The translations under genes were made by a program, and so were the position numbers. The notes under the pieces are model-generated. The model did not search any database. It saw nothing but the letters and a program-made list of their open reading frames with translations, and had not been told where the DNA came from. This document shows positions 13,243 through 25,715 of a stretch of 64,000 nucleotides of DNA, piece by piece; positions within the stretch are counted from its first letter, which is position 1; every line of letters starts with the position of its first letter. The stretch is from Torpedo marmorata (lineage: Eukaryota): positions 93,310,001 through 93,374,000 of the forward strand of contig OZ360225.1 in NCBI GenBank assembly GCA_977017645.1. The letters are read 5' to 3'.

Positions 13243-15340
13243 TAGAATTATTTTTCTTAATAGCATTTATAGTTCTAGAAGTTTGATATTTTTTAATTGC
13301 CACGCCAAGACTTTATGTGCTCTTTCCCCTAATTCATAATACCTTTGTTTAGTTCTTTCAATTAATTTTTCCATTTTATATGTTTGTAATAAATTATAAT
13401 GTAATTTTTTCCCAACTAAATTATTCCTTTTTTGAATTGATCCATTTTTTTGTAAATCTTTTTCCAAACACTCAATTTCCTTCTCTAAATTATTAACCTC
13501 TCTAAGATAATCCTTCTTAATTTTTGCTGAATAACTTATTATCTGACCTCTTAAATAAGCTTTTAAGGCTTGCCATATAATAAATTTATTATTAGTAGAA
13601 TTGGAATTTATTTGTAAAAATTCCTGAATTTCCCTTCTCATATAATCACAAAAATCTTTTCTTTTTAATAAAGAAGAATTAAATCTCCAGCTATATACAG
13701 TTTTTTCTTTTTCCGGAATTATACAAGATATTAGTAAAGGTGAATGATCAGAAATTATTCTCGCTTTATAAATTGCTTGCGTTATTCTATCTTGAACCTG
13801 TGAAGATAACAAAAATAAATCTATTCTAGAATATGAATCATGTCTAAAAGAATAAAACGAATAATCTTTTTCTCTACGATTCAATTTCCTCCAAATATCT
13901 ATTAAATTTAAATCTTTCATCAAAGTAAGAACTTTTTTAGCAATTTTAGTTTTAACAAGTGATCTTGAAGTTTTATCCATTATTGGATCTAAACAACATT
14001 TGAAATCTCCACCAACTAAAATATTCTCATTAGCTTCTGACAAGTGTAAAAAAGAATCTTGAATAAACTGTTCATCATCTACATTTGGAACATACAAATT
14101 AGAATGAGCTATTTCTAAAAAAAAATCGATCGTTTGCAATAACGTGCATACTAAATCGACAGTTTTATCTCAAGTCATGATCAGCTTCTGCCAATAGTGT
14201 CTTAATTATTTTGGTAAAATCTATAAAAAGACTTTTTAGCTGCCTTTGACTTCAGAGGATGTGCAGAAACTATTTTAACAAATTCTATATCAGTGTAATG
14301 AATTATTAGAGGTTAATGCTTTTATCTCTTCAAGTGAACTGAACCTTCCTTTCACATGTTTTTGTAATCTCAAGGCAATTCGGCATACCTATCCATAGAA
14401 ATATATATTGTGTGTTATTTGTAGTAAAATAGCAAGCAGGGTACTGTAAGTTCTTCGTAGATTTTTAAATTGAATACTTTCTTGACTAAAATTAGGACTG
14501 GTTGTGGTCTTTTTTTAACTTCCCCCAGCGCATTCACTGCCTCCCCACACACTATTTTTGGTTTTCTTCATTAAACCATTGTGGCTGCATTTTAAAATAA
14601 TTATTTGACAGTGAAGTGTTTTTGGATATCCAGAGAATGTAGAAAGTACACCATTAATGGAGGCTTTCTTGTCCCTACTACATAGGTTAGGGGGAAATAG
14701 ATGTTTCAGCTTCCTTAATGCATGGAGTGTTTTGGTGTTTCCAGTTCAAGATATCAGAATAATTGCATTTCCCCATCTTTGGAATGCATTGTGAGAAATT
14801 TGCAATGTCTTGCAAAACATTTTTGTTTTGGTGGTTAGTTAACAGACAGAATTATCTTTGAAATTTCAAGAGGTGATTGCAAACTTACTTCCAAAGTAGT
14901 CTACTTTACTCTTGACAGGAAAATTACTATTTTAAGTAGTTTATATCTATTTAGCAAGCATTTCTGTATTTGCTGATCATCTTCGAATGTAGCACTTACT
15001 CCATTTGTAACTTGATTTCTCCCTCCCTCCATTATGATTTTGGTGATTCAGATTCACAGTCTTAAAAGTAGCAAATCAAGGAAATAAAGCCAGAAAAGGA
15101 TGCATTGGTTCTGATAAGACGCATTGAATGTGGAAATGCAACATTAAACTGAAGTTTCATCTGCCCTCTCAAGGAGGTGTTGATAATGAGTTTGTTGCCA
15201 TATGTATAAGAACAATTTAGATATCCACCAAAATTCTTACTTGCTGTAGCTAAACAGGTACTTTTGTAAACAAAAACAACTACAAAAGTATACATTAAAA
15301 TACCCCACTACAGAAAGAGATAATAATTATAAAGGAGAGA

Positions 15341-15753
15341 TATTCTTTGGAGCGTAGAAGGTTGAGAGGGGATTTGATAGAGGTATTTAAAATTATGAAG
15401 GGGATAGACAGAGTGGATGTGGATAGACTATTTCCATTAAGAATAGGAGAGATTGAAACAAGAGGACATGAGCTAAGAGTTAAGGGGCAGAGGTTTAGAG
15501 GTAACATGAGGGGGAACTTCTTTACTCAGAGAGTGGTAGCGGTGTGGAATGAGCTTCCGGGAGAAGTAGTGGCGGCAGAGTCAATTTTATTATTTAAGAA
15601 AAAGTTGGACAAGTATATGGATGAGAAGGAAGTGGAGGGTTATGGGCAGGGTGCAGGTAGGTGGGACTAGATAGGAATGTTTGGTTCGGTGCGGACTGGA
15701 AGGGCCTAATGGCCTGTTTCCGTGCTGTAATTGTTATATGGTTATATGGTTAT
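15341..15753 (+). mobile_element. CR1 LINE 3' fragment
   Basis: LERRRLRGDLIEVFKIMKG...TRGH...FFTQRVV..WNELP; tail (TTATATGG)n. Confidence 0.92.
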
Positions 15754-16815
15754 AGTAAATATTCACAGTTACAATTAGTGCAAGAAGTTTATGTTCAGGG
15801 TAGTAAGGGGAGGTTCAAGATAGCCATTGGATAAAAACTGTTCTTGAATTTAGAGGTGCTGAAGTTCAGGCTTCTTTACCTTCTTCCCGAAAGTAGTAGT
15901 GAGAAGAGATTCTGACCAGGGTGATTGGGGTTCTTTATAATGTTGGCTGACTTGTTGAGGCAGTGCCTCACATGTATTCAATGGATGGGAGGTCGGAGCC
16001 CATGAGGGATTTTGCTATGCTTGGGACCTTCTGCATTCCTGGGCATTCAGATTACCAAACTAGGTCACGATGCAACCAGTCAGTACACTTTCCACAGTGC
16101 ACCTGCAGAAGTTTGATGGAGTATTCAAAGACTTGCTAAATTCCTCAGACTTCTTTGCAAGTAGAGATGTTGGTGTGCCTTGATGATTGCCTTGATGTGC
16201 TGGTTCCAGGAGAGGTCCTCTGATATGTCAACTCTCAGGAACTTGAAGGTACTAACCCTCTATTGCCATCCTATCAATGCAGACAGGTGTGTGGACCCTT
16301 GGCCTTTACTTCCTAAATCCCCTAATAAGCTCCATGGTTTTATTAACGTTTAGAGCACAATTGTTGCTGTGGCACCACCCAACCAGATTCTTGATCTCCA
16401 TCCTGTATTCTGACTCATCATTTCCAGTTATTCGTCCAACCATGGTGGTGTCAGCGCATTTATCGATTGTGTTGGAGCCGTACTTGCCAACGCAGTAATG
16501 AGGGTATAGGGATAGAGCAGGAGACTAAGCACGGAACCCTGGGGTTCCCCTGTTATGGTCAGCGAGGAGGCCGTGATGTTGTTAGTGCACACTGATTGGG
16601 GTCTGCTGATGAGAAAGTCGAGGATCCAGTTGCAGAGGGACAAACAGAGTTTCAAATCCCTTAATTTCATCAGGCGTTTTGCTGCTATGCTGGTGTTAAT
16701 GAATAACAGACTGACATTGCTGTTCTTGTGGTCCAGGTGATTTGACGCAGAGTGGAGGGCCAGTAAAATGGCATCTGCCATTGACCTATTGTAATGACAG
16801 GTGAAGTGGATGCAG
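15754..16815 (-). mobile_element. Rex1/Babar-like LINE RT fragment, degenerate
   Basis: LCNWILDFLISRPQSV and GEPQGSVLS; homologous to 54695-55909. Confidence 0.8.
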
Positions 16816-17359
16816 GTCCATTTATTAAATATTTTATTACACTATTTCAAAAATCAACAGGAATGTTCTCAATGTTCCACACAATACTTAATCTTCAACT
16901 TGCATTGCTAAAATTGATTTTCAGATTATTAAATTACTGTTGTGGGATCTAGCTGTATGCAAATATGCTTCCATATTTCCAATTAAGTAACAATGGTGGC
17001 ACTTTAAATTTACTAAATTGGCTGTGAAGCCTTTGGTGCACTCTTAAAATTATGAAGGGCATAAAATATATATATATTTTTTAAGCAGGCCAATGGTTCT
17101 ATGTAGAGCTTCTGTTTTACTGGAATTGGAACATCAAAGTGACCTGATAGTGCAATGTTATCTGTTGCTGAATTGGATGGATTGCCATAAAAGAGGGATT
17201 GCCATAAAAGAGGATCAGCAATACAGTTTCAAGGAAATTGCCTTTAAAATGCTTTCTATGTGTGTGATTTATAGTTTAACTTGCAATCATTCTCCCTTTA
17301 GAATTAAAAGAATTACGATACCATGTTTATTAAACTATCTTGTTATGATTCATAGCATT

Positions 17360-17585
17360 TATAAACAGGCCCTTCAGCCCAACTTGTCAAGCAAGTCCCA
17401 TTTGCTTGCGTTTGGTCCATATGCCTTCAAACCTTTCCTATCCATGTATCTATCTAAATGTCTTTTGAAAGTTACAATTGTCCCTTCTTCTACCACTTCT
17501 GACAGTTTGTTCCATATGCCTATCACACTCTGTGTGAAGAAAGTGTCCATCAGGTCCCTGTTAAATCTGTCTCCTCTCACCTTAA
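17360..17585 (-). mobile_element. CR1 3' fragment
   Basis: FFTQSVIGIWNKL...FKRHLDRYM. Confidence 0.8.
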
Positions 17586-18008
17586 AGATTAATGTAGTCC
17601 TAAGTTATATAAAATATACGAGTGTTGCAGAGTTGTATGTGGTTATCATAAAATGAGAAGTATGATGTAGTTAGAAACGTTGACCCTTGCGTAGCTGTAG
17701 ATGGACACATTTTCCAAAATACTGATGATATCTCAGTGGTGTGAAAAGCCACTACTAATTACGAGCAATGTATTAATACCAGCAAGTTTCAAATGAGACT
17801 TCATTTGACTAATTTTCTGCCAATTCTTTTGCAGTTGCGTAGTTTAAAGCAGCATAATTACAAACTACCGGTAAATATGGATTTTAAATGAAACATCAAA
17901 AAATATAAGCATGGAATATCTAATATATATTTGTGCATGTATGTCTGTTCTCCATGCAAATCAATATGGAGCATTCTAGCAATGTCCAAGGAGGTTCAGT
18001 AGGGGTAA

Positions 18009-18233
18009 ATTTGATGCTGAATGTCATGACCACATTGAATTTAACCTTTAAGGTCATATGAAGTTCAAAAGTGTTTTTTGACCAGCTTCCACTGACTTGC
18101 ATTACTGTTTATTATACAAGTATTTACTATGTACTGACTTGCATTACTGTTTACTATAATTGTGGTGACATTTGATGCTGAATGTCATGACCACATTGAA
18201 TTTAACCTTTAAGGTCATATGAAGTTCAAAAGT
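18009..18233. repeat. A-B-B-A direct repeat arrangement
   Basis: 64-bp A at 18009-18072 and 18170-18233; 21-bp B (ACTGACTTGCATTACTGTTTA) at 18091-18111 and 18133-18153. Confidence 0.9.
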
Positions 18234-18481
18234 TCAACAAAAAAACAATTTGAACTTACACCAGGGGCACCTCAATTAGTTACAGTGCTGTGCATCAATG
18301 TACATTCAGAATAAAAACAAGTGGCCAAACCCAGTTCAATATGGGCCCAAAAAAGCAAAGCAATATTGGCAGAAGCTCTTCACAAGCCCGTAGAGTTAGA
18401 CAAAGGAGAAAGCAAGAGACAGCGAAGTCAACTTTGTTTGAACCGTGTATCTATGTTACAAAGTATATAAATGTTGTGTTT

Positions 18482-21400
18482 TTTTTTTTTTTTTTTTTTA
18501 ATATTTTATTTAAATTTTAAATCACACATTACATAAAATAACTTGCATATAATTCTTAAAAAATACATGTGATTACATTTTCTCCCCCCCTCATCCCACC
18601 CTCCCCTCCCTAGCCCCTATACCCCCCTAATCTAATTTAAAAAAATATAAAATAATAATAGTAAAGATAAAAGAAAAAGTAGAGATATAAAGATAGAACG
18701 AGGAGTCAATAAGCTTAAAAAAAAAAAAAAACACTAATATATCTTAGAGGTTGTTTCGCCGGTAGGTCTAATATCCAGAGAATTCACAATGTTAAACCCA
18801 TAATCCTCGTATATGGGCCCCAAATTTTTAAAAAAGAATGATATTTATTTCGTAAATTATAGGTAATTTTTTCCAATGGTATACATGACCGTAACTCTGC
18901 ATGCCATCGTTCTAAATTTAAATCAACATCCGATTTCCAAGTAATAGCTATACATTTTTTTGAAATTGCTAATATTATACGTAAAAATTCTACTTGATAC
19001 ATATTCAATTTATGTCTAATACTAAATTTTTTAATGTCTCCAAATAAAAATAACATAGGATCCATTGCAATTTCAACATTAAAAACTCTTTCTAAAAAAT
19101 TCTTAACTTTCAACCAAAATTCTTGAATCTTTGAACATGACCATGTACAATGTACAAAAGATCCTATTTCAGTTTTACATCTGAAACACGTATCTGATAA
19201 CGCTGGGTTAAATTTCTTCAATTTTCTAGGTGTCAAATACAATTGATGAAAAAAATTATATTGTACTAATCTATATCTCACATTAATAACTTTTGTCATA
19301 CTTAGTTTACATAAATCTTTCCAATGTTTTTCATCTATATTAACATTCAAATCAGACTCCCATTTCAATCTAGACTTATGCTCTCCTACCTTAGACATTT
19401 TTCTTTGAAACAACTTGTACATCTGTGATATAAATTTATTAACATTAACTTTAGTAATTAATAACTCCAGTTCACTTTGTCTTAATACTGTTAATTCATT
19501 CCCTAATCTTTCAATCAAAAAAGCTCTAACTTGAAAATATACTAACATTGTATTATCTAATATATTAAATTTTTCCTTTAACCTCTGAAAGGTAACAAAT
19601 TTACCTGCTTCAAAACAATCTTTTAATGTCTTAACTCCCTTTAAAAACCATAATTTAAGTAATTGATTATCCATAGAAAATGATAAAAGTGGATTCTGAT
19701 ATATTGGTGTATTTAAAGAAATTAATCCTTTTTGACCTATCTCCTTATCTACTTGCAACCAAATTTCCAACAAATGTTTAATAATTGGTGTTTTTTTCTT
19801 TTTAAGTAATAATAATTTAGGGTTCCATTTATAAATAATATCTTCTTTATGTATTTCTCCCATATTATTCAATTCTATATTAATCCAAGCAGAAGTTTTA
19901 TCCAAATCAAAAAATTCATTAATAAATTTTAACTGAGCTACTTTATAATAATGTTGAAAATTAGGAAGTTGTAATCCTCCCATTTCATAATTCCATGTTA
20001 ATTTATCTATACTTACTCTTGCTAACTTTCCTTTCCATAGAAATTTCCTAACAATAAATTTTAAATCTTTAAAAAATTTATTTGGAATACCATAAGGAAT
20101 CGATTGAAAAAGATATTGAATTCTTGGAAAAACATTCATTTTAATACAATTTACTCTTCCCATCAACGTTATCGGTAAGTCTTTCCAAAGCTCTAAATCT
20201 TTTTTTATTTTAGTAAATAAAGGTGTATAATTTAATTTATACAAATTTTCCAAATTTGTATCTACTTTAACTCCCAAATATTTAATACTCTCTGTAGTCC
20301 ACTTAAAGTCTGTAACTTCTTTACATCTAGTATAATCCCCTTGCGATAAAGCCAAAATCTCACTTTTATCTGAATTAATCTTGTATCCTGATATCTCACC
20401 ATATTCTGTCAATATAATAGCCAATTGTTGAAGTGACGTAACAGATTTTGTCATATATATTAATACATCATCTGCAAACAAACTAATCTTGTGCTCTTCC
20501 CTACCCACCTTTATTCCCATTATATTTATATCTTCTCTAATCATTTCTGCTAAAGGTTCTATTACCAACACAAACAAAGCAGGAGATAAAGGACATCCCT
20601 GTCGTGTTGATCTTGATAACAAAAACTTTTGCGATATCTGTCCATTTGTAACTACTTTAGCCGTAGGTTCCTTATATATAGTTTTAATCCAATTTATAAA
20701 GTTATCTCCAAATCCAAATTTTTCCAAAACCTTAAATAAAAAATTCCACTCTACTCTATCAAATGCCTTTTCTGCATCCAATGTTACCACCAGTGGCAGA
20801 TCTTGTTTCTTCTTATATACATTAATTAAGCTTAACAATCTAGCTATATTATCTTTCGAATATCTATTTTTAATAAATCCGGCTTGATCCGAATGTATTA
20901 AATGTGGTAGACATTTAGCTAATCTATTTGCTAAAATTTTCGCCATTATCTTATAATCTACATTTAACAGTGAAATAGGCCTATAAGACTCTGTTTTTAA
21001 TACATCTCTATCCTTCTTTGGTATAACCGTAATAATAGCATTTAAAAATGTCTTCGGTAACAAATGAGTTTCCATAACTTGATTCAATACCTCCATATAC
21101 AAAGGTATCAATAAATCTTTAAATTCTTTATAAAATTCTACTGGAAATCCATCATCACCTGGAGATTTACCACTTCTCAACGTCGATATTGCTTCAGTAA
21201 CTTCTCTCATCGTAAAAGGTAAATCCAAAGAATATTTACTTTGAACAGTCAATTTAGGTAAAGTAATTTTAGATAAAAATCTATTTATCTTCGTTTCATC
21301 TTGATCTGTCTCAGATCTATATAAATTCTGATAATATTCTTTAAAAGATTCATTTATTTCTTGTGGCTTATATGTTATTACCCCTGTATTTCTCTTCCTT

Positions 21401-21634
21401 ATAGCATTAATTGTTTTTGAAACTTGCTCTTTTTTCAATTGCCATGATAACACCTTGTGTGCCTTTTCCCCTAATTCATAATATCTTTGTTTTGTTCTTA
21501 CTATTAATTTTTCAGTCTTACGCGTTTGCAATAAATTATAATGTAATTTCTTCCTTACTAAACGGTTCCTCTTAAGAATAGACCGGTTTCTCTGTGAATC
21601 TTTTTCCATAATTTCAATCTCCTTCTCTAATTTT
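18482..21634 (-). mobile_element. Young 5'-truncated L1 with uninterrupted 941-aa ORF2 part (18784-21609)
   Basis: 16-bp TSD TATAAATGTTGTGTTT at 18466-18481 and 21635-21650; long poly(T); RT FADD and C-terminal knuckle present, endonuclease absent. Confidence 0.96.
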
Positions 21635-21855
21635 TATAAATGTTGTGTTTGAAAAAATACATTTATGCAGGATTACCATGAAGTTTTTTGGGTATTTTAT
21701 TTCAACCATGTAGTCAACAACTGAGTGTTTTATTTTCCGGGCAATGCCGGGTATCCTGCTAGTAATAAATATAAGTAAAACTTTCATAGTAAAGATAATT
21801 GAAGATGAAAAGAGATGTTGCATGAATTGTGCACAAATTAAATATTGAATTGTTT

Positions 21856-22203
21856 TGTAGCTGCAGTAATTTACCCAGTATACACACAATTTAAAGAATA
21901 CACTCACTCGTTCTTCAATACAAAATGGAGTTGACTCTCTTTATTCTTCTCAGATACAACAATGAATTTTTCATCCCATAAAACACCACCCAGCCAAACC
22001 CCTCTGACCTTTTCATTGGCTCTCTGCCGCACGAGTGATCTCGACGCTCTCAAATCTCCTCCTGCATCTGAGATCCATCACAATGTACGCAGCCTTCGGA
22101 ATTAACCCGTGCATGCGCATTACTACTCCCACGCGTCGCCCCGGATACGTCATCAGCAGCGACCGGCACCGCTCCCGACGCAGGTAAGTACGCGACCGTG
22201 ACA
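21856..22203 (-). repeat. Gypsy 3' LTR (348 bp)
   Basis: Direct repeat of 24905-25254; TGTAGCTGCA...GTGACA on top strand. Confidence 0.93.
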
Positions 22204-24904
22204 GCTCCCCCTTCAGCCTCCGAGCCATGCAAGGAGGCGACTGATTGGATCGGTCCCGCTACGTAACGGTCTGGAGGGCTGACAGTCCGGCCCAACCTCG
22301 TACGCTACTGCAAGGCAGGCGGTGTATGCTCCGACTGGCAGGGGTGCGACTGTTCCTCCGACGTTGGCACCGACGCAGAACGCCGGCTTCAATCTGTCAA
22401 TAGAGACCGTGTCAGCTTTCCCATGTCTCCATGCAAATCACAAAAGTCTTTGGGTGGCGTGTAAGACTTCAAAAGGCCCATCGTAAATGGGCTGAAGTGG
22501 TCTGTATAAATAGTGAAAGGGCGACCTTCCAACAAAAAACGTAAATGTTTCACTGCGAGATAGATGGCTAGGAGTTCTCGACCAAACGTGCTATGTTTCG
22601 CCTGAGTCGGTGACAGCTTGGCTGAAAAGAAAGCCAGAGGTTCCAACTTCCCACAGACTCTTTGTCCTAACATCGCTTCCATGGTACTGACAGAGGCATC
22701 CGTGGTAAGAGAGAGCAAGGCGTAGGGCTTTTGGTGTACATGCATCGTGGCATTCGCAAGCGCAGTCTTCACATAGTTGAATGCACGAACGGCATCGTCT
22801 CCCAAACTCAATGGTCTTTTAGAAACGGACTTGTCCAATCCTTTAAATTGTTCAGTAAAGTGTAATAGAGATGCTGTGGCATTCGGCAGGAAACAGTGGT
22901 AGAAATTAATCATCCCTAAAAAACGTCGTAACTGGCCAAACATAACGGGTGTAGGAAAATCTTGTATTTCTTGCACTTTCGTTTCATCGGGCAAGATACC
23001 ATGCTGTGTAACTCTGTCCCAAAAATATATGTTCAGCAGCACCAAAAAAAAGATGGCGCTTGTGCTCCTCTTCATCCACGCTCGCTACAAGAATATTGTT
23101 GATATAGAGTTATAGACATATACAAAATCGAGGCTGGCGAGTACGTGGTCCATAAACCGCTGGAATGTCTGAGCTGCATTCCACAGACCGAATGGCATTC
23201 GTAGAAACTCAAGCATGCCGAAAGGAGTAATTACTGCTGTCTTGGCAACATCGGAAGGCTCTACTGGAATCTGATAGTAAGCACGTACCAGATTTATTTT
23301 TGCAAACACGTTTGCCTGGAGGTTCGCTGAGAAGTCTTGTAAATTGGGAATGTTGTATCGGTCAGGCACGGTGGAATTGTTCAGGGTACGATAATCACCA
23401 CAAGGCCGCCAATCCCCAGGAGACTTCTTTGGAACCACATGCAACGGCAATGCCCAGCAGCTGTCGGATCTGCGGACTATGCCCAGCTCCTGCATGTGGT
23501 CGAATTCCGCTTTCGCGATTTTAAGATGGTCCAGGGGTAATCTACGAGCCCGCGCTGCAACCGGAGGACCGCGAGTCTCTCTGTGGTGGGTTACTGCATG
23601 TCTTATGTCTGCATGGCAATACGATGGGGTCACGAGACGAGGGAAATGCTTAAGCAATATTCGGAAAAGGCAGGAGCCAGGTTGGAGGCTCGTCAGGCGG
23701 GTGATAACACTGGAGGGATGACAAATGCAGCTCACTTGCATACAAGAGCTGTGGTCCACAACATAGTGATTCTTTAAATCCACCAGCAGCGAAAAATGTG
23801 ACAGGAAATCCGCCCCCAAAATGGAATTCGCCACATTTACAACCGTGAAAACCCACCAAAAAGGTTTGTTGAGACCGAAATCCAGCGTGTGTGACCTCTG
23901 GCCATATGTTTGAATATGAGAATCATTCGCAGCCGACAGAACACATGACATATTAGAGTGTCTGCATTCTTCAGGGGTTGGAGGGACCACAGAAATTTCT
24001 GCACCGGAATCTACAAGAAATTGAACACCTGAGAGACGGTCTTTGAGGAAGAGACAGCGGGCAAAGTGCCCATGGGCAGCAGTTGCCTCTACTGCCAGGC
24101 CTGTTTGTTTCCTGGCTTCCATTTGTAGAAGTCGCAAGGTGGCTGACAGGATCAGGCGGCAGCGCCAAATTTCCAGTGCTTCCAACAAATACCCCGCCCG
24201 TCGCCTCGACCAGCACGATTCCAACCAGGCCGACGGGAGGAATTCCGTTGGGTGCTCAAAGCCTGGATCTGTGTAGTTAGTGCTGTCATTTGTTGCTCCA
24301 GCTCAGTTATCTTCGGTTGATATGGTACAGGCGGTTGACAAGGTGCAGTAAGCAGTTGTTCCAGCTTTGTTTTGCTCCTGCTGACTAGGGGGAGTAGCCA
24401 ATGCTTCTATCTTTATTGCAGAGGTCGTGGACATAACACTCACCAAGTGTCCTTGAACTCGATGAGGTAAACATTGGAGGAATCTCTGCTTCCATACATC
24501 CCCTTCAATAGGGTCCACCCCAGCTAGCCTGCACCATCTTCTCAGCATCTGTGAGGCCTTCCTATCGCCTAGGCTGTCATCAGCTGGCAACTCGGCAATA
24601 CGAGCCTCCTGAGACAGCTGAGGATATCGTATGGGAGATTATCATCTGGATTAACTAAAACATCCTCCACTTCACAGGCAATCTGCTCTGGAAGCTGAGC
24701 CACAAGTAAACTGAATTTCATATTCTGACTTGTCACACTGAGGGCGGAGAAACGTGCCTCGAGGATCGTGAACCACGCTGGTCATTGTTAATAGAAAGGT
24801 GGGGAACCTCCAGCTTGACCTCCCTGACTGCTCCTGAAAGGGGTTTATCCTCATTTCTTTCTATTTTTACCTAGAAGGTGCTGTGAATCCTTGGGGTTAC
24901 CACT

Positions 24905-25254
24905 TGTAGCTGCAATAATTTACCCAGTATACACACAATTTAAAGAATACACTCACTCATTTTTCAGTACAAAATGGAGTCAACTCTCTTTATTCTTCTC
25001 AGACACAACAATGAATTCTTCATCCCATAAAACACCACCCAGCCAAACCCCTCTGACCTTTTCATTGGCTCTCTGCCACACGGATGATCTCGACGTTCTC
25101 AATCTCCTCCTCCTGTGTCCGGGATCCATCACACTGTATGCAGCCTTCTGAACTAACCCGCGCATGCGCGTTACTACTCCCACACGTTGCCCCGGATACA
25201 TCATCAGCGGCGACCGGCACCGCTCCCAATGCAGGTAAGTACGCGACCGCGACA
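24905..25254 (-). repeat. Gypsy 5' LTR (350 bp)
   Basis: Direct repeat of 21856-22203; adjacent to PBS-like motif. Confidence 0.93.
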
Positions 25255-25399
25255 GTTTATTGCTACGTGTACTGGGATGCAGTAAACAGCTTTGTGTGCA
25301 ATCCAGGCAAGTCAACTCATAGTGCAGTGGTAACAAATAAATATACAACAGTGTTATAATAAGTCATATAGTGCAGGGCATAGAAAACAGTGCAAGGGT

Positions 25400-25715
25400 T
25401 TGTCAATGAAAGATCCATTTAAGAGTCTGATAATAACAGGAAAGAAACTGTCTTTGAATCTGGATATTTGTCTTTTCAAGCACATGTATTTTCTGCCAGA
25501 CGGAAAGGGGAAGAAGCGAGCATGACTGGGGTGGGATGGGGTTCTTTAATATGTTAGCAGATTTTCTGAGACAGCAGGAGGCATAAATGGTTCAGGGGAA
25601 GTTGGTTTGCATGATGGCCTGAGTTGCTTTTACAACTCTAGTTTCATGTAGTCATGGACAGAGCAGTTCTCATACCAAGCTATGATGCATCCTGACAGGA
25701 TACGTCTATTATTCT
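25400..25715 (-). mobile_element. Old Rex1/Babar-like 3' fragment
   Basis: AAGAAACTGTCTTTGAATCTGG... resembles the RT end at 54570-54850. Confidence 0.6.

Larger units (their letters stand above)
4250..14100 (-). mobile_element. 5'-truncated L1 (outer element) hosting two nested L1 insertions
   Basis: 16-bp TSD AGAATGAGCTATTTCT at 4234-4249 and 14101-14116; poly(T) and TTTATT at left end. ORF2 pieces at 13267-14100 (APE), 12321-12794, 5424-6458, 4830-5309, 4512-4793. Confidence 0.95.
21856..25254 (-). mobile_element. Ty3/Gypsy LTR retrotransposon with both LTRs and the integrase core deleted
   Basis: TG...CA LTRs, 4-bp TSD GTTT, PBS-like TGGTAACCCC next to the 5' LTR, PPT GAAGGGGGAGC next to the 3' LTR. 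Protease [21 protein letters not shown], RNase H TDAS...RELLAI...YTDH. Confidence 0.95.

Noticed and set aside
17093-17656. 187-aa + strand ORF as a host gene
   Set aside because: Its second half is the antisense of a CR1 3' fragment; no recognisable domain.
18009-18233. CRISPR-like array
   Set aside because: Only two copies of each unit, no regular spacers, eukaryotic context, no cas genes.
18784-21609. Long intact ORFs (also 40832-43825) as domesticated RT genes
   Set aside because: Poly(A), perfect TSDs and 5' truncation show recent ordinary L1 insertions with no promoter.
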